A stretch of DNA of 64,000 nt from Sedimentisphaerales bacterium (GTDB lineage: Bacteria; Planctomycetota; Phycisphaerae; Sedimentisphaerales; Anaerobacaceae), in NCBI GenBank assembly GCA_040772485.1, contig JAXGYC010000010.1, positions 352,001-416,000 of the forward strand. Reading direction: 5' to 3'. This document shows, piece by piece, positions 56,605 through 64,000 of the stretch. How positions within the stretch are numbered: the first letter of the stretch is position 1; every line of letters begins with the position of its first letter. The notes beneath the pieces are model-generated. The model was not told the origin of the DNA, made no database searches, and saw nothing but the letters and a program-made list of their open reading frames with translations. Position numbers and translations under genes: made by a program.

Positions 56605-59388
56605 ATGTCGAGCAAGCTGATCCGTGTGATGGCATTGACGTTTGTTCTGGGCTGGGCGGGAGGTCTCGCCTTCGCGCAGGACAATCAAATCGTCAACGGC
56701 GAATTTGACGACGGTCTGACCGGATGGGGCCGCTATGGAACGACCGGCTTCGACGTTTCGGCCGTTCGAAACGCGGGGCTCTCGGGCCCGAATGCGGCCC
56801 TGCTGGATGTGACCAACGCCGCGGCAACCGCCAGCATCGGGATCGCCCAGAGCGGCCTGCTGCTGGAGCCGGGGAAGACCTATCCCCTCGGCTTCACCGC
56901 CAGAGCCCAGCAGAGCCGGGAGATGGTGGTCCTGGTCCAGACGAACCTCAACAATGCAGACTGGCCCACCCAGGTGGAGCGGAAAGTGGATCTGACTCCC
57001 ACCGCCCAGACCTATCTCATCGAATACACGCATACCGGAGACACTCTGGGCGATGAGGCAGGCGAAACCGTGACTCTCTACCTGATGTTGAAGGGAACCT
57101 GGTGGCCGATGGTCGGCAGCGACCTGAACGTAAAAGTCTGGTTCGACCGGGTGTACTTTGGCGCAGAGCCCCCGCTGCCGCGTCGTGACTTGCCGACCGA
57201 CCCCGATCCGGCCGACGGCGACACGGACATCTGGCGGGATGTGGACCTCGCCTGGACACCCGGCGCGTTCGCCCAGACGCACGACGTATACTTCGGAACG
57301 GCTTTCGACGACGTCAACGCCGCCAGCCGGGCCAATCCCATGGGCGTACTGGTCAGCCAGGGTCAGAGCGACGCGACGTACGATCCGGGCCGTCTCGAAC
57401 TCGGCCAAACCTACTACTGGCGGATCGACGAGGTGAACGCGCCGCCCGACAGCACGATCGTCAAAGGGCCGGTCTGGACTTTCGCGACCGAACCGCTGGC
57501 GTATCCAATCGACAATATCATTGCCACAAGCAACGGGACTTCCGAAGCTGCCGCCGGACCGCAGAACACGGTCAATGGTTCCGGGCTCAATGCTGCCGAT
57601 CAGCACTCGACCGTCAGCAGCGACATGTGGTTGGCCACGCCCGGCGCCGAGCCTCTGTATATCCAGTACGAGTTCGACCGCGTCTACCAACTGCACCAGA
57701 TGCTGGTCTGGAACTACAACGTGGATTTTGAGCTGATTCTCGGCTTCGGGCTCAAGGGCGTCACCGTCGAGTACTCCACGGACGGCGCCAACTGGGCCGT
57801 GCTGGGAGACGTGGAGTTCGCCCGGGCAACCGCCAGGCCGGGGTACGCCTACAATACGACCGTGGATTTCGGCGGCGTGGCGGCCAGATACGTCCGGCTG
57901 ACCGTCAACAGCGGCTGGAGCGCGCTGGGCCAGTACGGCTTGAGCGAGGTCCGCTTCCTATCGATCCCCGCTTACGCGACCCGACCCCAGCCGGCCGACG
58001 GCGAAATCGAGGTGGATGTGGCGACGGCATTGAGCTGGCGTCCGAGCCGGGCGGCGGCCTCCCACCAGGTCTACTTTGGCGCCGATCCCGACGCCGTGGC
58101 CGCCGGCGCCGAACCCACCGCCACCGTCACCGGCAATCGCTATGTGCCCGATGCGGCCCAGTTTGGAGGAACCTACTACTGGAGAATCGATGAAGTCAAT
58201 GAAGCCGAGCCGACGCCGCTCTGGAGAGGCGACGTGTGGAGCTTCTCGACGCAAGCCTACGAGGTGATCGACGACTTCGAGAGCTACACCGACAACCTCG
58301 ACGTCGGCGAAGCCATCTTTGACACCTGGGCCGACGGCTGGGTCAACAACACCGGCGCGACGGTCGGCTACCTCGATGCGCCGTTCGCCGAGCGGACCAT
58401 CGTCCACGGCGGAACACAGTCCATGCCGCTGGAGTACGACAACACGGCCTCGCCATTTTACTCCGAGGCCGAACGGACCTGGGACAATCCTCAGGACTGG
58501 ACGGTGTACGGCGCCGACACCCTGACCGTTCACTTGCGAGGCAATCCGCCGGCCTTCCTGGAGACGGCCGACGGCCGCATCGTCATGGGCGGCATCGGAG
58601 CCGACATCTGGGGAACCGCCGATCAGTTCCGCTTCGCCTACATGAACCTCAGCGGCAACGGCTCCATCGTCGCGAGGGTCGAGAGCATCGCGAACACCTG
58701 GCCCTGGGCCAAGGGCGGCGTCATGATCCGCGAGCGCATCGACCCCGGTGCGGCCCACGCGATGGTCGTGCTGACGCCGGAAAACGGAGTGGCCCTGCAA
58801 TATCGCCCCACGATGAACGGCACCAGCCTGAGCATCAACGAGCCTGGTCTCGTGGTGCCGTACTGGGTGAGACTGACGCGCTCGGGCAACACGTTCACCG
58901 CCGAACGATCCGAGGACGGCGCGACGTGGGTCAGCATCACCGCCGATCCGGCCGCTTCGTCGGTCCAGATCACTATGGCTGCCAACGTCTACGTCGGGCT
59001 GGCCGTGACCAGCACGACCCTCAACGCGGTCACCGGCGCCGAGTTCTCAGGGGTCGCCACGACGGGCAACGTCACCGGCCAGTGGCAGACGGCCTCGATC
59101 GGGCTTGAACAGCCAGCTGGGAATACCGCCGACACGCTCTATGTGGCCGTGGAGGACAACGCCGGAAAGATCGGCGTCGTGGCGCACCCCGACCCGCTGG
59201 CGGTTCTGCGGCCCGAATGGCAGGCGTGGCACATCCCGTTGGACGAGTTCGCTTCCGCCGGAGTGAGGATGAACCGCGTCCAGCGCATGTACATCGGTGT
59301 GGGCGAGCGCGACAACCCGGCCTCGGGCGGCGCCGGCCTGATCTACATCGACGACATCACCTTCGGCCGGCCCGTCGCGGACCAATAG
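56605..59388 (+). CDS. Large secreted modular protein (CBM4/9-like + Fn-like + discoidin F5/8-like + inserted beta-sandwich + CBM-like)
   Basis: AAGGAGG SD and signal peptide; NGEFDDG, YYWRIDEVN repeats, VWNYN...YS.DG.NW...ARYVRL and WAKGGVMIR motifs. Confidence 0.88.
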   Translation: MSSKLIRVMALTFVLGWAGGLAFAQDNQIVNGEFDDGLTGWGRYGTTGFDVSAVRNAGLSGPNAALLDVTNAAATASIGIAQSGLLLEPGKTYPLGFTARAQQSREMVVLVQTNLNNADWPTQVERKVDLTPTAQTYLIEYTHTGDTLGDEAGETVTLYLMLKGTWWPMVGSDLNVKVWFDRVYFGAEPPLPRRDLPTDPDPADGDTDIWRDVDLAWTPGAFAQTHDVYFGTAFDDVNAASRANPMGVLVSQGQSDATYDPGRLELGQTYYWRIDEVNAPPDSTIVKGPVWTFATEPLAYPIDNIIATSNGTSEAAAGPQNTVNGSGLNAADQHSTVSSDMWLATPGAEPLYIQYEFDRVYQLHQMLVWNYNVDFELILGFGLKGVTVEYSTDGANWAVLGDVEFARATARPGYAYNTTVDFGGVAARYVRLTVNSGWSALGQYGLSEVRFLSIPAYATRPQPADGEIEVDVATALSWRPSRAAASHQVYFGADPDAVAAGAEPTATVTGNRYVPDAAQFGGTYYWRIDEVNEAEPTPLWRGDVWSFSTQAYEVIDDFESYTDNLDVGEAIFDTWADGWVNNTGATVGYLDAPFAERTIVHGGTQSMPLEYDNTASPFYSEAERTWDNPQDWTVYGADTLTVHLRGNPPAFLETADGRIVMGGIGADIWGTADQFRFAYMNLSGNGSIVARVESIANTWPWAKGGVMIRERIDPGAAHAMVVLTPENGVALQYRPTMNGTSLSINEPGLVVPYWVRLTRSGNTFTAERSEDGATWVSITADPAASSVQITMAANVYVGLAVTSTTLNAVTGAEFSGVATTGNVTGQWQTASIGLEQPAGNTADTLYVAVEDNAGKIGVVAHPDPLAVLRPEWQAWHIPLDEFASAGVRMNRVQRMYIGVGERDNPASGGAGLIYIDDITFGRPVADQ

Positions 59389-59495
59389 CGGCGTCCGGCC
59401 GAAACGGGCTGAGCATCCAGGTGGGTTCCCAATCTACGCTTGGATCGGGAACCCCGCCCTGCCTCACCCGGATCGTCTGCGCCCGGCGTCGAGAG

Positions 59496-59686
59496 GTTCG
59501 TAGTGACGCCGTAAGGCGTTTTGTTCGTAGTGGCGTCGTAAGACGCTATTCTCGTCGTTGGTAGCCCGTAAGAGCCTGCCCTGAGCTTGCCGAAGGGGCA
59601 TACCTTCCACAGAACGAGGTAACGCCTTATCCCGATGCTCATCGGGATCACTGCAAACGGTATGCCCTCACGGGCACACTACGAAC
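59496..59686. repeat. Cluster of five family B REP units (3 forward, 2 reverse), two interrupted by mini-insertions
   Basis: Units at 59496, 59523, about 59558 (interrupted by AGCCTGCCCTGAGCTTGCCGAAGG), 59621 (interrupted by ATCCCGATGCTCATCGGGAT) and 59659. Confidence 0.8.
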
Positions 59687-60154
59687 CGGGCGGCCACGCC
59701 TGAAGGCCGCGCTCCTTTGTGTCGATAGAGAAAGCTGGCGCCTGACGGATTATTGTTGCCTGCCCGCCACGGGTGTGGTATCAATAGAGAGGCTCAGGAT
59801 GGCGTTTTTTCAGACCTACTCCAGCCAGAGCGGTCTCGGCCCCCGAAGGCCGAGCCGGCGGATCAGTTCTTTTATCGGTCGGAGGTTCCGGTGTCGGGTC
59901 TGCCACTTCACACGAACCGAGGCTGAAGGGCGAGACCTCAAACCCTGGATTTCCGGTCCGTCAATTCGATTTCGTGGCCAGCATGCCGGCCGAAGGAAGG
60001 AGGTGAGCGCGAATCCAACAGCATTTCACGTCTGAAGGGAAGATCTGGAAGTACCCCGCGGCAACGGCGCCGCAAGGCGCTGCGGGGAACGGAGCTCTGA
60101 CGTTCGTCGGATGAAGCTTGATCGTCTTCTTGGGTTCGTGGAAGGAGAACAGTC

Positions 60155-63100
60155 ATGTGCAGGGGATTGAATCATCTTATTGTCGTGATGTTGCTGTTGG
60201 GGGCCGCCGTGAGCCAGGCCCAGGGCAGTCCGTACATCCGCGTCGCCTACTGGGACGCAAGTCAAGGCACCGCCTGGGCGGGAGACGGGGGCCCGGTGCG
60301 CGACGCGCTGGCGGCTGTCGGCTATCAGGTCGTCAATGCGGCGGAGCTCAAGACGTGGATGGATGACCGCATCGCCGACCGGCGACTCAGCGTGGTCGTG
60401 ATGTGTCGAGACGTCGTCCCGGACACCGTGGTCGAGTCGGTCGACGCGAACTGCACCATCCGACGGTATCTCGACGCGGGCGGCAAGGTCGTCTGGTATT
60501 CCGACTGGCCCTTCTATTACGTGGGGACAACCAGCAACTCCCCGGGAAGCAACGGCGCCGTTCAGATACTGGGTTTCAACGCCGCCACCGGGCCGAACGA
60601 TCAGAATCAGCAGGTGACGTTCACCGAGATGGGGATTCAATGGGGATTGGTCACGCCGTGGTCGTCGACGCGGCCGACGTCGCCGACGGTGACCGACAAC
60701 CTGACCGTCCTGGCGCTGGACACCAACGGCAACGCCGCCGGCTGGGTCAAGCATTACCTGCCGGGCGACACCTTCCGCGGATTCGTCCGCATTGAAGACC
60801 ATAGTGGCGCTCCGGCTAACATCCAGAACCTGATCGCCGTGGCCGAGTACGCCGAGTCGATCAACACCGCCTCCGGGCCGGTGCCCGACGACGGCGCGAC
60901 CGACATCCCTCGCGACGTCGTATTGAGCTGGGCCGCGGGCGAGTCGGCCGCCACGCATGACATCTACTTCGGCGCCTCGTTCGACGACGTCAACGCCGCC
61001 AGCCGGGCCAATCCGCTGGGTGTGCTGCTCAGCCAGAGCCAATCGGGCACCACGTTCGATCCGCCCGGCGTTCTCGACTTCGGGACAACCTACTACTGGC
61101 GCATCGATGAGGTCAACGGCGCTCCCGACAACACAATCTTCAAGGGCGACGTCTGGAGCTTCACCGCCGAGCCGTTCGCCTACGCGATCGCCAATATCAT
61201 CGCCACCACCAACGCGACCTCGGACCCTGGAGCGGGGCCCGAGAACACGATCAACGGCTCCGGCCTCAAGGCCGACGATCAGCACTCGGTCGATAGTACC
61301 GATATGTGGCTCGCCCGGCCGGCCGATGCCGAGCCGGTCTGGATTCAATACGAGTTCGACAGCGTCTACAAGCTCTACGAGATGCTCGTCTGGAACTACA
61401 ACGTGCAGTTTGAGCTGCTCCTGGGCTTCGGGATCAAAGGCGTGACCGTCGAATACTCCGAGAATGGCGCCGACTGGACCGCCCTGGGCGACGTGGAACT
61501 GGCTCAGGCCACGGCCAAATCGACCTACGCCGCCAACACAACGGTGGACCTCCAGGGCGTGCCCGCCCGGTTCGTCCGCATGACCGTCAACAGCGGCTAT
61601 GGCATGATGCCGCAATACGGCCTGAGCGAGGTCCGCTTCCTGTACATTCCCGCTCACCCGCGCGAGCCGCAGCCGGCCGACGGCACGATCGGCGTGAGCC
61701 CGGCAACCACGCTGAGCTGGCGCGCCGGACGCGAGGCCGCCTCGCACGAGGTCTATCTGAGCACCAGTAAGTCGGCTGTGACCGACGGCACCGCCCTGGC
61801 CGCCACGGTCGCTACGGCCAGCTACAGCCCGACCGATGTCGAGTTCGGATCGCGCTACTATTGGAAGGTCGCCGAGGTCAACGACGCCGAGGCCATCAGC
61901 ACCTGGGCCGGACCGGTCTGGAGCTTCGTCACGCAGGAATACGAAACCATCGAAGGGTTCGAAGACTACAACGATGACATCGATGCCCACACGACGATCT
62001 TCGACACGTGGCTCGACGGCTGGGTCAATGAGACCGGCTCCACCGTCGGCTATCTCGACGCACCGTTTGCCGAGAGGACCATCGTCCGCAGCGGCCGGCA
62101 GTCGATGCCGCTGACCTACGACAATTCAGGATCGCCGTTCTACTCCGAGGCCGAACGGACCTGGGACACCGCCCAGAACTGGACCGGCCACGGGGCCGAC
62201 ACCCTCGTCCTGTACGTGCGAGGCAACGCGCCGTCTTTCGTGGAGACCGCGGATGGGGGCATCCTCATGAGCGCCATCGGCACGGACATCTGGAACACGA
62301 CGGATCAGTTCCGCTACGCGTACAAGAACCTCAGCGGCGACGGCTCGGTCACGGTCCGCGTCGACAGCCTGGTCCGCAGCAACGAGTGGGCCAAGGCGGG
62401 CGTAATGATCCGTGAGACGCTGGAGGGCGGCTCGAAGCATGCCTTCATGTGTGTGACGCCGGACCACGGCACCACGTTCCAGCGTCGGCCGGTGGCCGGA
62501 CAGGACAGCGCCAGCACGGATGTAGGCGGTGCGGCCGCACCGCGCTGGGTAAGGCTGACCCGCACGGGCAACGTCTTCACCGCGCACGACTCGATGGACG
62601 GCGTGACCTGGACGGAGGCGGTCGTGAGCCCGGCGCTGGAGATCCAGATGGCCGCCAACGTGTACATCGGCCTGGCGGTGTGCAGCCATGATGCAGCCAT
62701 CTCGACCGCCGCCGAGTTCTCCAACATCGCGACGAGCGGCAACGTAACGGGCAACTGGCAGACGGCGGAGATCGGCGTGGCGCAGCCCGAGGGCAACGCC
62801 GCCGATGGGATGTACGTGCGGCTGGAGGACAGCGCCGGCAAGAGCGCAACGGTCGCGAATGCCGATGCGGCGATCACGGTCCGCCCGACGTGGCAGGAAT
62901 GGAAGATACCGTACAGCGATCTGTCCGGCGTGAACCTTAGCCGGATCGAGAAGATGGTCATCGGCGTCGGCAGCGCCACCAGTCCGAAGGCCGGCGGCGC
63001 CGGCACCGTCTACGTCGACGACATCGGCTACGGTCATCCGGCCCCGGAGCCGGCCTATGTGAACCTGCTGGCCAACGGCGGCTTTGAGGATGGTGTCATG

Positions 63101-63520
63101 GCGCCGTGGAGCACCTATGGCGACGTGACCGCCGAGGTCGTCTCTGCCGGGGCCATAGAAGGCGATTCCTGTCTGCACATCACGGTGAACTCTGCCGGCG
63201 CGAATTTCTGGGACGCCGGCTTGCAGCACACCGGGCATGTGTTCGAGGCAGGCAAGCAGTACACGCTTTCGGCGTTTCTGCGGTGCAGCGCCGGGACGCT
63301 GGACATCAACTTCAAGCCGGAACTGGCGGCCGATCCGTGGACGGGCTATGGCGCTCAGGTCTTCACGATGACGGACGAATGGACGGAGTTCAGCGTCACG
63401 ACTCCCGTTCTGGAAGCCAACGTCAGCCCGGCGACCATCACCTTCCACATCGGTTTCGCCGCCGCCGATTTCTGGATCGACAATGTGAGATTCTACGAAG
63501 GGCCGTACGTTGCGCCGTAG
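60155..63520 (+). CDS. Large secreted modular protein, paralogue of 56605..59388, with a different N-terminal domain and C-terminal CBM4/9-like domain
   Basis: AAGGAG SD, signal peptide, shared core modules, C-terminal NLLANGGFEDG...FWIDNVRF. Confidence 0.88.
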   Translation: MCRGLNHLIVVMLLLGAAVSQAQGSPYIRVAYWDASQGTAWAGDGGPVRDALAAVGYQVVNAAELKTWMDDRIADRRLSVVVMCRDVVPDTVVESVDANCTIRRYLDAGGKVVWYSDWPFYYVGTTSNSPGSNGAVQILGFNAATGPNDQNQQVTFTEMGIQWGLVTPWSSTRPTSPTVTDNLTVLALDTNGNAAGWVKHYLPGDTFRGFVRIEDHSGAPANIQNLIAVAEYAESINTASGPVPDDGATDIPRDVVLSWAAGESAATHDIYFGASFDDVNAASRANPLGVLLSQSQSGTTFDPPGVLDFGTTYYWRIDEVNGAPDNTIFKGDVWSFTAEPFAYAIANIIATTNATSDPGAGPENTINGSGLKADDQHSVDSTDMWLARPADAEPVWIQYEFDSVYKLYEMLVWNYNVQFELLLGFGIKGVTVEYSENGADWTALGDVELAQATAKSTYAANTTVDLQGVPARFVRMTVNSGYGMMPQYGLSEVRFLYIPAHPREPQPADGTIGVSPATTLSWRAGREAASHEVYLSTSKSAVTDGTALAATVATASYSPTDVEFGSRYYWKVAEVNDAEAISTWAGPVWSFVTQEYETIEGFEDYNDDIDAHTTIFDTWLDGWVNETGSTVGYLDAPFAERTIVRSGRQSMPLTYDNSGSPFYSEAERTWDTAQNWTGHGADTLVLYVRGNAPSFVETADGGILMSAIGTDIWNTTDQFRYAYKNLSGDGSVTVRVDSLVRSNEWAKAGVMIRETLEGGSKHAFMCVTPDHGTTFQRRPVAGQDSASTDVGGAAAPRWVRLTRTGNVFTAHDSMDGVTWTEAVVSPALEIQMAANVYIGLAVCSHDAAISTAAEFSNIATSGNVTGNWQTAEIGVAQPEGNAADGMYVRLEDSAGKSATVANADAAITVRPTWQEWKIPYSDLSGVNLSRIEKMVIGVGSATSPKAGGAGTVYVDDIGYGHPAPEPAYVNLLANGGFEDGVMAPWSTYGDVTAEVVSAGAIEGDSCLHITVNSAGANFWDAGLQHTGHVFEAGKQYTLSAFLRCSAGTLDINFKPELAADPWTGYGAQVFTMTDEWTEFSVTTPVLEANVSPATITFHIGFAAADFWIDNVRFYEGPYVAP

Positions 63521-63555
63521 CACGGCAGTCTGACGGCAGAAATGGAGTAGTAATA

Positions 63556-63590
63556 GAGGGCAGGGCGACCACAGGTTGCCCTGCCCTTTT
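63556..63590 (+). terminator. Rho-independent terminator
   Basis: AGGGCAGGGCGACC-ACA-GGTTGCCCTGCCCT followed by TTT. Confidence 0.75.
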
Positions 63591-63679
63591 CCATCGCTGG
63601 GCCAACAGCATGCAGATTGCCGAGATCGAGTTGCCGCGTACGGTCGAATAACGACCAATCTCGCGGCCGAAGGTATGTC

Positions 63680-63712
63680 AAGGGGCCTGCACCGCCAGGG
63701 TGTGGGCCCCTT
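63680..63712 (-). terminator. Hairpin downstream of the HAD gene
   Basis: AAGGGGCCTGCACC...GGTGTGGGCCCCTT. Confidence 0.55.
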
Positions 63713-63753
63713 CTTCATTGTCAGGAAGAGGAAGAGGTTCTCGTGTGGACCGT

Positions 63754-63999
63754 CTATCGACCGAAGAGCAGATCGAGCAGGTCGTGCCACTGGGAGAAGT
63801 CGGGCACGACGACCTGGGCGCCGGCCTTGATCAGGCGCGTGCGCTTCTCCGGGTTCAAACCGTGACGACGAACTTCATCCGAGGCGATGCCGACGGCGAT
63901 TCCGCCGCGCTTGCGGCATTCGCGCATCTCGACGGGACCGTCTCCGACCACCGCCAGCTCGGGGCCGGACAGGTGGTTCTCGGTCATGATCCGATTGAT
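63754..63999 (-). CDS. C-terminus of a HAD-superfamily hydrolase (5'-truncated by window edge)
   Basis: HAD motif IV VVGDGPVE and L..AGA..VVPDF; frame is open to the edge. Confidence 0.75.
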   Translation of the reverse strand: MNRIMTENHLSGPELAVVGDGPVEMRECRKRGGIAVGIASDEVRRHGLNPEKRTRLIKAGAQVVVPDFSQWHDLLDLLFGR

Positions 64000-64000
64000 G

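Noticed and set aside
59496..59686. Possible CRISPR array
   Set aside because: Units are in both orientations, there are no regular unique spacers, copies are dispersed elsewhere, and no cas genes are present. It fits REP clusters.
56605..63520. Diversity-generating retroelement explanation for the paralogue similarity
   Set aside because: No reverse transcriptase in the window, differences are not adenine-specific, and the similar regions all lie within full CDSs.
1..64000. tRNA/rRNA genes, transposase, integrase or prophage genes, Sec/Pyl readthrough
   Set aside because: None recognised by eye; tRNAscan-SE, Rfam and ISfinder searches would be needed to exclude them formally.

Overview
GC-rich bacterial chromosomal window, most likely from a planctomycete of the Phycisphaerae/Sedimentisphaerales type. 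This is inferred from three paralogous large secreted modular proteins, Tat-exported Gfo/Idh/MocA oxidoreductases, a DUF1080 lipoprotein and an anaerobic 2-oxoacid:ferredoxin oxidoreductase. It holds about 50 CDSs, including argG, korAB-like OFOR, comEC, phoA-like phosphatase, pilD, bfr, GH32, two radical SAM enzymes and an intact archaeal-type topoisomerase VI (top6B-top6A). I found no rRNA, tRNA, CRISPR array, prophage or transposase gene. The most striking non-coding feature is a set of at least five small palindromic repeat families in the intergenic regions. They nest inside one another, one family shows compensatory stem changes, one family usually sits just after stop codons in a fixed orientation, and one repeat supplies a gene's stop codon. 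Notable protein-level observations: a type-1 copper (cupredoxin) domain fused to a glucose/sorbosone dehydrogenase; a histone-H1-like tail on Top6B; a cryptic transglutaminase-like protein; an SSS transporter with a predicted double-psi barrel tail; a free-standing copy of a histidine kinase sensor domain; a lipoprotein with a phage-like domain; and a precise domain insertion among the paralogous secreted proteins. All product calls rest on motif recognition by eye; no searches were run.
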